DNA from: Bacillota bacterium
Lineage (GTDB): Bacteria > Bacillota > Clostridia > Tissierellales > Peptoniphilaceae
Assembly (NCBI GenBank): GCA_023394045.1
Contig: JAEXBN010000043.1
Coordinates: 12,208-76,207 of the forward strand
DNA: 64,000 bases
Reading direction: 5' to 3'
Made by a program: the position numbers and the translations under genes. Below, one piece after another: positions 20,772 through 28,406 of this stretch; position 1 is the first letter of the stretch, and each line of letters begins with the position of its first letter. Below the pieces are notes generated by a model. That model was not told the DNA's origin. It did not search any database and saw only the letters and a program-made list of their open reading frames with translations.

Positions 20772-20800
20772 ATTATATTATCAGAGAATAGCGATTGCAA
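20772..20800 (-). promoter_or_regulatory. Sigma-A promoter of the GIY-YIG-like/MoxR operon
   Basis: TTGCAA-17 bp-TATAAT on the minus strand. Confidence 0.7.
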
Positions 20801-20815
20801 CGTGAGGAGGATATG

Positions 20816-21796
20816 ATGAATCTGCCGGTCGTCCTTGAAGATTATATTAACTACATGAAAACGGTTCGTGGGCTCTCGCCACGAACCATTCGTGAATATA
20901 CTTACGACTTGGTGCGATTCCTGCGGTTTTTGACCCGTCGCCATGGCGACGCGGCGATGCGCCAGCGCCCTTTAGAAGAGATCACGATTGATACAATCAG
21001 CCCGGAGGATCTGGCTGCGGTGGACATCAACGATCTTCTCGCCTTTCTCGCCTACTCGCCTTCTGGAGAAGGCCTTTCTGGAAATCGCCGTGCGAGGATG
21101 TCTTCCGCCATCCGTTCCTTTTATACTTACCTGGTCAACGTGCAGGAATATTTTGATAAAAACCCGGCGGAAAAGCTGACCACACCGAAACGAAAAAAGA
21201 GGCATCCGGTTTATTTGACGCTGGAAGAGGCGCTGTCTCTGATTCAGACGGCAGCAGCCGAACCCAATCGATTTTTTCGTGCGCGCGACGTAGCCATTCT
21301 CGTCACTTTTCTGACCACAGGAATGCGGCTGTCGGAGTTATGCGGGCTCAATCTTAACTCCATTCGTGAAGATCGCTTTCATGTCATCGGAAAGGGAAAC
21401 AAGGAACGCGTCGTTTATCTGACCGAATCGGCTGTGGCGGCGCTCCAGCAATATCTTCGCATTCGCCCGGGAGACGGGGATCCAAAAGCCTTATTCCTTT
21501 CCTCACGGCACACGCGCATCTCACCCCGCGCGGTACAGCATCGTATTGAGACGCTGCTGACTCGAACGGGGTTGGAGCCTTCGATTTATTCGACGCACAA
21601 GCTGCGCCATACCGCAGCGACATTGATGTATAAAGAGGGCGTCGACATCCGGACGCTTCAGCGCATCCTAGGGCATGAATCGCTTCAAACCACACAGATT
21701 TACACACATGTTGATGACGCGATGGAACGTGAAGCCGTAGAACGCAATCCCCTAGCCCATCTTTCTGATTCCTCTTTCGAAAAAGAAGAGCAGTAG
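20816..21796 (+). CDS. Xer-family tyrosine recombinase (clostridial XerC/XerS-like)
   Basis: GMRLSE, GKGNKER, HKLRHTAAT, LGH...TTQIYTH catalytic motifs; GAGGAGG RBS. Confidence 0.9.
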   Translation: MNLPVVLEDYINYMKTVRGLSPRTIREYTYDLVRFLRFLTRRHGDAAMRQRPLEEITIDTISPEDLAAVDINDLLAFLAYSPSGEGLSGNRRARMSSAIRSFYTYLVNVQEYFDKNPAEKLTTPKRKKRHPVYLTLEEALSLIQTAAAEPNRFFRARDVAILVTFLTTGMRLSELCGLNLNSIREDRFHVIGKGNKERVVYLTESAVAALQQYLRIRPGDGDPKALFLSSRHTRISPRAVQHRIETLLTRTGLEPSIYSTHKLRHTAATLMYKEGVDIRTLQRILGHESLQTTQIYTHVDDAMEREAVERNPLAHLSDSSFEKEEQ

Positions 21797-21810
21797 ACGG
21801 CGGAGCTCCT

Positions 21811-22074
21811 CTATCCCTTGAGACCTCGGGACTGGCGGTCCATATCCTCTACAACGATATCAAAAATCTCCCCCAGCGAGCGGCAATATTCCAGCACCTT
21901 CCAAGGCTCATTGGTATGAAAATGAATCTTGATGAGGTTCTCATCGCCGACAGCCAGAAGGCAGTCGCCCTTGAAATGTTCGACAAAATAATCAAAGATG
22001 ACATCCTCGTCCAAGCCTTCTCCTTCGATGAGCAGCTGCGTATCGTAGCGGAATTCCGTGTTCTGTGTTTCCAT
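21811..22074 (-). CDS. Stand-alone FakA/YloV middle-domain-like protein
   Basis: YDTQLLI...GDCLLAVGDENLIKIHFHTNEPWKVLEY...GEIFDIVVEDM; GGAGG RBS. Confidence 0.75.
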   Translation of the reverse strand: METQNTEFRYDTQLLIEGEGLDEDVIFDYFVEHFKGDCLLAVGDENLIKIHFHTNEPWKVLEYCRSLGEIFDIVVEDMDRQSRGLKG

Positions 22075-22134
22075 TTTTTCTCCTCCCTCTTTGTATTTTT
22101 CAGGGGTCGTTCTTCGATGAGATATTTTCCGTTC

Positions 22135-22641
22135 TCATCTCTTTCTTCTGTGTTTCCAATCTTTATATATTTGTCTTAAAAGTGTATCTCCCGTTTCCAC
22201 TAAAAGCAATCCCAGAGCAATGGCGCTTGCGACAATAATCGTTTGAATGGCCGTGTTGGCGGCGATGTTTTTCTGTTCCAGCAAGAATGCGTTGACGGCG
22301 CGAAAGAGCAATGCCCCGGGAACGAGCGGATAGAGCGTTGGAATGATGATCATCGTGACCGGAGTGCGATAATATCTGGCTCCGATTTGGGCTGCAAGCC
22401 CCACGACCATGGCGCCCATCAGCGTCGCGGAAAAATTTGACCATCCAAGGTCGAAAAACAATGTGTAGGTATCCCAGCTCAAAAAACCAATGAGCGCATT
22501 ATAAAAAGCGATGCGTTTGCGTGCTCCCATCATAAATGTCGATCCATAGACGGCGAGAAAGGCTCCAACGCCTTCGGCGAGATATTTGAGAAGACCGAGA
22601 TCCAATGGTGAAGTGAAAAAGAAGCTCATCCATTCGCTCAT
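22135..22641 (-). CDS. ThrE-family exporter, small subunit (YjjB-like)
   Basis: Hydrophobic, TPVT...PLVPG motif; overlaps the partner gene. Confidence 0.85.
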   Translation of the reverse strand: MSEWMSFFFTSPLDLGLLKYLAEGVGAFLAVYGSTFMMGARKRIAFYNALIGFLSWDTYTLFFDLGWSNFSATLMGAMVVGLAAQIGARYYRTPVTMIIIPTLYPLVPGALLFRAVNAFLLEQKNIAANTAIQTIIVASAIALGLLLVETGDTLLRQIYKDWKHRRKR

Positions 22642-23435
22642 AGAAAACGCCCTCCCGTCAGCACCATAGCAAAATAGGTTCCTACCACCAGCGCCATCGC
22701 TGAAACGAGAGCGGAGATCAGATTTCCAGCACCAGTGAGGTAGTCGGCCTTCATGGTATCGCGAATTCCTGTCGTCAGCGTTGTTCCGGGAAAGAGGCTA
22801 ATCAGGCTGCCGATGACCATTCGGTCGAGATGCAGAATCGGAAAAAAGCGCACGACGAGACCCAGCGTGAATGTAATGATAAAGGCATGAAGAAAGGAAG
22901 GAATGAAACTTCCGGAAATGCGTCCGCGCACCATTTTCCTGGAAAGAATAACGGTGCAGGCGGCTAGCCCTCCGATGATACTTTCCAATACGGTTGCCCC
23001 CATCATCAGCGCAAATCCCCCTGCGGCAAGAGCAAAGTAGTAGAAACGAAAATGGAGATCGGAATGGTCGCTTTCAATCGCTTTTAATGCGTGAAAGGCT
23101 TCTTCAATATCCATCGTGTGCGCTGATAAGGAGCGGGAAATCTCATTGATCTCGTGAATCCGATCCAGACGCAGGTCTCTGACTTTGATTCGTCGGATCG
23201 AACTCACATAGCTTCCATCTTTCAGCGTTAAGGTCACATAGAGTCCGGTCAGCAATGCCACCACATCCACCTTTTGATGATCGATCTGGCTTAGGATGCG
23301 TTCCACGGTGTCTTCCACACGATAGGTCTCTGCCCCGCTTTCCATCAACAAGGCACCGGCGCACAGCGCCGTATCGAGAACACATTTGTCTCGTTTTGAA
23401 AGAGAAGATTCCATTGTGGCTTGTGTTCTCTCCAT
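22638..23435 (-). CDS. ThrE-family exporter, large subunit (YjjP-like)
   Basis: LMESGAETYRVEDT, LFPG...TGIRD; GGAGG RBS before ATG 23435. Confidence 0.88.
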   Translation of the reverse strand: MERTQATMESSLSKRDKCVLDTALCAGALLMESGAETYRVEDTVERILSQIDHQKVDVVALLTGLYVTLTLKDGSYVSSIRRIKVRDLRLDRIHEINEISRSLSAHTMDIEEAFHALKAIESDHSDLHFRFYYFALAAGGFALMMGATVLESIIGGLAACTVILSRKMVRGRISGSFIPSFLHAFIITFTLGLVVRFFPILHLDRMVIGSLISLFPGTTLTTGIRDTMKADYLTGAGNLISALVSAMALVVGTYFAMVLTGGRFL

Positions 23436-23565
23436 GAAGCGCCTCCGTGTCTGCATGATCAGCATTTCAATTATAGCATAGTATTCAGCGATTCCATCCT
23501 CTGAACAGAACAGCGACAGCCACGAAATTCATTGATGATCCAGCAGGTGCAAAAGAAAGATAAAT

Positions 23566-23598
23566 AAAAAAATCCTTCTGGAAAATCCTCCAGAAGGA
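23566..23598 (-). terminator. Intrinsic terminator after tRNA-Leu
   Basis: TCCTTCTGGA/TCCAGAAGGA stem followed by a T-run on the minus strand. Confidence 0.85.
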
Positions 23599-23603
23599 AA
23601 AGA

Positions 23604-23686
23604 TGCAGGTGAAGGGATTTGAACCCCCACGAGATTGCTCCCACTAGTCCCTGAAACTAGCGCGTCTGCCGTTCCGCCACACCTGC
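23604..23686 (-). tRNA. tRNA-Leu(CAG), CCA end not encoded
   Basis: GCAGGTG acceptor stem, anticodon arm CTAGT-TTCAGGG-ACTAG, long variable arm, GGTTCAAATCC T-loop. Confidence 0.96.
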
Positions 23687-23705
23687 AAGCTGAACAACAC
23701 GAACA

Positions 23706-23734
23706 TATTACATGATTTTGATCTTCATTGCAAG
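23706..23734 (-). promoter_or_regulatory. Putative sigma-A promoter of tRNA-Leu
   Basis: TTGCAA-17 bp-TAATAT on the minus strand just upstream of the tRNA. Confidence 0.6.
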
Positions 23735-23850
23735 CCCTTTGATCGATTTTCCCCATCAATGAGACGTTGCCCCACGGGGTTCCTCCTTGAAGAGAAACGA
23801 ACCACCGCCGTACAAACAGAATGGGAAGGTGGCGGTTCGTTTTTCGCTCA

Positions 23851-24159
23851 TCAATAACTAGGAACAAGCAGCGACTGTCCGGGCTGGATTGTCGTTCGAT
23901 CCAGCGCATTGAGGCGATAAATATCGCGAACAATATCTCGCGCATCGCGGGTGCTTTGTTGCGCAATATCGACGGACAAGTCCCATACGGTATCCCCGGC
24001 TTGGACGATCACGGTATGCGTCGGCTGCTCGGAAGCGGCGGACGAAGGACTTCCGGAGAACACGCTGATGAGCAGCGTCAGCGCCAGAGAAAACACAACA
24101 ATCATCGAAATGACAAAAGCATAGAAGCGTCTTTTATTGGTAATCACTGTTTGTTTCAT
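23851..24159 (-). CDS. yneA: YneA-like SOS cell-division inhibitor (TM + LysM)
   Basis: N-terminal TM, LysM motif VIVQAGDTVWDL...IYRLN...IQPGQSLLVP; GGAGG RBS; two LexA boxes upstream. Confidence 0.8.
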   Translation of the reverse strand: MKQTVITNKRRFYAFVISMIVVFSLALTLLISVFSGSPSSAASEQPTHTVIVQAGDTVWDLSVDIAQQSTRDARDIVRDIYRLNALDRTTIQPGQSLLVPSY

Positions 24160-24173
24160 AATCTCCTCCAAAC

Positions 24174-24225
24174 GAACAAATGTTCTTGATGACTTGAGTA
24201 TATACGAACATTTGTTCTTCGTCAA
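24174..24225 (-). promoter_or_regulatory. Sigma-A promoter with two LexA (SOS) boxes
   Basis: GAAC-AAAT-GTTC (24174-24185) and GAAC-ATTT-GTTC (24206-24217); minus-strand TTGACG-17 bp-TATACT. Confidence 0.9.
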
Positions 24226-24230
24226 GAGAT

Positions 24231-25499
24231 TTATTCTTTTTCCAGAAGAGATTCCACGCTGTACAAACAGGCGAGTTTGGCTTGTTCGTACACGATGCCT
24301 CCTTGATAGTAAACGATGTACGGTGCCCGCATGGGACCATCGGCACTGACTTCAATGGAGGAACCGTCGACGAAACCTCCGGAAGCCATCACCACCTGAT
24401 CCTGATAGCCAGGCATATTCCACGGAAGCGGAACGACATCAGATCCAACGCTGGCGGCTTTTTGAATGGCGCGCGTAAATTTCAAAATCTTTTCGCTATC
24501 GCCCAGGGTGATGGCTTCAATGATGTCGCTGCGCGGATCGTCCACGGATGGGATGCAGCGATATCCCAATGCTGTATAGACTTCAGCAAACAGCATCGCG
24601 CCCTTAAGGGCTTCAATCGTAATATGTGGAGCAAAAAACAGACCTTGAAGCGTGTGACGTGTGGTTCCAAACGTCAGTCCCGTGTCCTTCCCCAATCCTG
24701 GAGCCGTCAGATGATTCATGCAGAGTTCGACCAGATCATGTTTTCCGGCGATATATCCGCCGCTGATCGCAATTCCGCCGCCTGGATTTTTGATCAGCGA
24801 GCCGGCGATGATATCGGCTCCCACTTCCAGCGGTTCCCGTGTTTCCGTAAATTCTCCATAGCAATTGTCCACCATGACAATGGTGTTCGGAGAAGTTTGA
24901 TGGATGAGATGGATCGCCTCCCCCAGCTCGTCAATCGTCAAAGCGCGTCGTTCCGTATATCCGGTGGAGCGCTGCAGCTCCACAAGGCGCGGGTGGGATT
25001 TCATTTTTTGCACAAGCCCCTCCCGATCTATGGTGCCGTTTTTAATGGGAACCATATCATAGACAATGCCATGATCCAGCAGCGTCCCTCGTTCATTGCC
25101 CCGAATGCCGATCACTTCCTGCAGCGTATCGTAGGGGTGCCCCGTGGCTGCGATCATCGTATCTCCATGGCGCAGCAATGCAAAGAGTACGGTCGATAAG
25201 GCATGTGTTCCGGAAGTGATCCCAGGGCGAACGACCGCATCCTCTGCGCGGAATACGTCACGAAAAATGGCTTCCGTTTTATCGCGCCCAGTATCGCCGT
25301 ATCCATATCCGGTGGCGGCATAAAAATCCGATTGACTCAGACCATTTTTTTGCATGGCGGAGAGGACTTTGAGCTGGTTGGTGGAACGAATGGTTTCCAG
25401 CGCATGGAAACGGTCGGATAATCTTTCTTCCGCTTTGTTGATTTGCTGAATGCTTTGTTCTGAAAAAGAATAAAATTGCTGATAAAAATGGTTGTTCAT
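24231..25499 (-). CDS. YnbB-like PLP enzyme (methionine gamma-lyase family / 'aluminium resistance' protein)
   Basis: TGYGYGDTGRD, SGTHA, VDNCYGEF, GSLIKNPGGG, GSSIEVSADGP. Confidence 0.9.
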   Translation of the reverse strand: MNNHFYQQFYSFSEQSIQQINKAEERLSDRFHALETIRSTNQLKVLSAMQKNGLSQSDFYAATGYGYGDTGRDKTEAIFRDVFRAEDAVVRPGITSGTHALSTVLFALLRHGDTMIAATGHPYDTLQEVIGIRGNERGTLLDHGIVYDMVPIKNGTIDREGLVQKMKSHPRLVELQRSTGYTERRALTIDELGEAIHLIHQTSPNTIVMVDNCYGEFTETREPLEVGADIIAGSLIKNPGGGIAISGGYIAGKHDLVELCMNHLTAPGLGKDTGLTFGTTRHTLQGLFFAPHITIEALKGAMLFAEVYTALGYRCIPSVDDPRSDIIEAITLGDSEKILKFTRAIQKAASVGSDVVPLPWNMPGYQDQVVMASGGFVDGSSIEVSADGPMRAPYIVYYQGGIVYEQAKLACLYSVESLLEKE

Positions 25500-25551
25500 G
25501 GCATTCTTCCTGTATTTATATTGATTATATTGGCTTTTTCTGTTTTATTGG

Positions 25552-26496
25552 CTATCGGCTTGATTCCGTGCGAAATTCAGCGAGCATCCTCTGCATGATC
25601 CGCATCGCTTCTGCGGGTTCGTCCATCTGGATCCAATGGGCATGCGAAACCTTGCGGTACCAAGTATATTGACGTTTAGCGTACTGTCTGGAGTGCCTTT
25701 GAATCAGCGTCCGCATTTCGCTTTCGTTGACTTGTCCTCTGAGAAACCACAGCACTTCACGGTAGCCAATGGCGCGCATGGATTGTGCATTCCGTGGCAC
25801 ATGGCGTTTGAGCAGTTCCAGAACTTCCCGAATCAGCCCCGATTTCAGCATCTGATCCACTCGTTGATCGATGCGTTCATACAGGCTTCGACGCTCTCGG
25901 GACAGAATGAAAATCAGATCCTCTGTGGATGAGCGAGGCGCCTCGTCCCGTTGTGCAGAGGCTGGCTTTCCAGATAATTGATAGATTTCCATGGCACGTA
26001 CGAGGCGATGTTGATCAGCTGGATGGAGACGCGCTGCCGTGATCGGATCTACTTTGTTTAATCGCGCTAGAAAGGCTTCGCCGCCTTCTTTCTCGTAAAG
26101 ATCTTCCAGTTTTTTACGCAATGCAGGATCCTGATCGACTTCGCTGAACTTGAAGCCCCCAACCAGCGCCGTAAGATAAAGCCCTGTTCCGCCGACGTAG
26201 ATGGGCAGCATGCCTCGATCACGAATCTGCTGCTCAATGATTAAAGCATCATGGGTGTATTGTTGTACGGTAAAGCGGTCTCCCGGTTCCGCGACATCAA
26301 TAAGATGATGAGGAATGCCTTGCTTTTCTTTTGCCGTCACTTTGGCGGTTCCGATATCCATTCCGCGGTAGACTTGCATGGAATCCATGGAGATGATTTC
26401 GCCTCTCCATTGTTTGGCCAACGCAATGGAACATTCCGTTTTTCCAACGCCCGTTGGTCCGACAATAAAAACTCTCTGAGCAAGAGCTGTGCTCAT
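25552..26496 (-). CDS. miaA: tRNA dimethylallyltransferase
   Basis: GPTGVGKT, DSMQVYRGMDIGTAK, VGGTGLY, YAKRQ; start placed at ATG 26496. Confidence 0.96.
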   Translation of the reverse strand: MSTALAQRVFIVGPTGVGKTECSIALAKQWRGEIISMDSMQVYRGMDIGTAKVTAKEKQGIPHHLIDVAEPGDRFTVQQYTHDALIIEQQIRDRGMLPIYVGGTGLYLTALVGGFKFSEVDQDPALRKKLEDLYEKEGGEAFLARLNKVDPITAARLHPADQHRLVRAMEIYQLSGKPASAQRDEAPRSSTEDLIFILSRERRSLYERIDQRVDQMLKSGLIREVLELLKRHVPRNAQSMRAIGYREVLWFLRGQVNESEMRTLIQRHSRQYAKRQYTWYRKVSHAHWIQMDEPAEAMRIMQRMLAEFRTESSR

Positions 26497-26519
26497 TTTT
26501 TCTTTTATAGGAAGAGGAC

Positions 26520-28406
26520 TTATTTGATGCGGAGAAACCATTTTTCCAAATCTCCCTTCGTCCGGGTGATGACTGTGGGGCGGCCATGAGGACAAGTGAG
26601 CGGGTACTCGCACAACCGCAAATCGGCATAAAGCTGGCGGATTTCTTCCGGAGTGAGGGCATCGCCCTGTTTGACCGAAGCCTTGCAAGCCTGCATGGCA
26701 AGCTGGTCGACCAGATGATCATACTCGCTCCAATCATGAAGGGGCAGTGTGATCAGATCCCGGAACACGACTTCATCTTTTTTGGATTTTATCAATGTCG
26801 GAACGGCTCGAAGGATGACCTGTTGATCTCCAAACCATTCATGTGAAAAGCCGAGTTGTGAAAGAAGTTCCGAACGCGCCTGGTATGCGCTCATCTCTTC
26901 TGGAGTTAAAGACAACACGATGGGCGTAAGCAATTGTTGCGTGACAATGGCATGTGTTTTGAATTGCTTGCAGAAGCGTTCATAGTTGACGCGTTCATGA
27001 GCGGCATGCTGATCCATCAGATAAATCGTTCCATGCGCCGCATCTTCAAACAGAATATAGACATGAAACAGCGTCCCCACCCAGCGCATCCTTTCAAGCG
27101 GAGGCAATGGCGAGGCTTCGGTTTCATTGAAAAGAGAGAGATTTTCTGTCGTATTTTCTGTTGTGGGGATCTCGATTTGTTCAGGGATCATGTCCCTTGG
27201 TGCAGGCAGCTCCTCTTCTTCAAGAATCAAATCCAAGCCGGATTCCATCTCTTCTGTGGCCGAACGGTGAGAGGATTCCTCATGGGAAGCCGCAGCGTCA
27301 GGACGGGGCGAGTTCATCGTTTCCGACCAAGAATACTGGGATAAGATTTTTTGATAGCTTTCTTCCGCCGATAATTCCGAAAAAAGCGAGGGATGCGCCT
27401 TCTGTGTTTCGCCGGGAAGCTGAGGCCGCTGGAATAAGGCTTGACGAATGGTTTCATGAACCAGCGTTTCAAGCGCATCGGCTCCAGCAAAATGAAGACT
27501 CATTTTATTGGGATGAATGTTGACATCCAAATTTTCTGGATCGGTTGCTAAAAAAAGCTGAAATGCCGGAAATCTTCCATTGGGGATAATGGACCGGAAG
27601 CAATCCTCCACTGCCCGCCGGATCCGTTCATCCTCGACGGCACGCCCATTGACAAAAAGAAACTGCATTTGCCTGTTGGCGCGATAAAAAGTATTATTTC
27701 CGATCACGCCGGATAAATGGTACTGCTCATTTGCGCCATCCACTTCTTGTAGCGCTTCGTAGTATGAGCGGCCGTAAAGAACCAGAAGGCGGTCTTTCAG
27801 CGTGTCTCCCTCTGCAGTGGATAGAATACGGCGGCTTCCATGATCCAGACGAAAGCCAATGTTCGGGTAGGCAATCGCCATCGTTTCGACAAAGCGCGAA
27901 ATACGGTTTCCTTCGGCCACATCACTCTTCATGAATTTTTGGCGAACCGGGATTGAGCCAAAGAGGTTCCGCACTTCCATACGTGTCCCCCGGTGCATGG
28001 CGATGGGTTCTTTTTGGATACATTTCCCATCCTCGTACTTTAATTCTAATCCATAGGCATCCGATTCCGTTTTCGATGCGGCAGAGACATCCGCAACTGC
28101 AATGATGGAGGCCAGAGCCTCGCCTCGGAAGCCAAGGGAATGCAGCTGGTAGAGATCGTGAAAGTCCTGAATTTTTGAAGTGGCATGCGGCAGAAAGGCC
28201 GTTTCCATTTCTTCTTGGGGAATGCCCGAGCCGTTGTCGGATACGCTCATCCGCGTTTTTCCGCCGTCCTCCATTCGTATGGAAATGCGCGTCGCTCCAG
28301 CATCAATGGCGTTTTCAATCAATTCTTTGATCACAGAGACCGGACGTTCAATGACTTCCCCGGCTGCAATTTTTTTGATGGTTTCCTCACTTAACTGATG
28401 GATCAT
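26520..28406 (-). CDS. mutL: DNA mismatch repair endonuclease MutL
   Basis: IAAGEVIERP, GFRGEAL, DQHAAHER, ACK, CPHGRP. Confidence 0.98.
   Translation of the reverse strand: MIHQLSEETIKKIAAGEVIERPVSVIKELIENAIDAGATRISIRMEDGGKTRMSVSDNGSGIPQEEMETAFLPHATSKIQDFHDLYQLHSLGFRGEALASIIAVADVSAASKTESDAYGLELKYEDGKCIQKEPIAMHRGTRMEVRNLFGSIPVRQKFMKSDVAEGNRISRFVETMAIAYPNIGFRLDHGSRRILSTAEGDTLKDRLLVLYGRSYYEALQEVDGANEQYHLSGVIGNNTFYRANRQMQFLFVNGRAVEDERIRRAVEDCFRSIIPNGRFPAFQLFLATDPENLDVNIHPNKMSLHFAGADALETLVHETIRQALFQRPQLPGETQKAHPSLFSELSAEESYQKILSQYSWSETMNSPRPDAAASHEESSHRSATEEMESGLDLILEEEELPAPRDMIPEQIEIPTTENTTENLSLFNETEASPLPPLERMRWVGTLFHVYILFEDAAHGTIYLMDQHAAHERVNYERFCKQFKTHAIVTQQLLTPIVLSLTPEEMSAYQARSELLSQLGFSHEWFGDQQVILRAVPTLIKSKKDEVVFRDLITLPLHDWSEYDHLVDQLAMQACKASVKQGDALTPEEIRQLYADLRLCEYPLTCPHGRPTVITRTKGDLEKWFLRIK

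Noticed and set aside
20816..23686. Tyrosine recombinase near tRNA-Leu as an integrated mobile element
   Set aside because: No duplicated tRNA 3' end beyond a 7-bp GCAGGTG match near 23543, and no phage or ICE genes. The recombinase looks like a housekeeping Xer.
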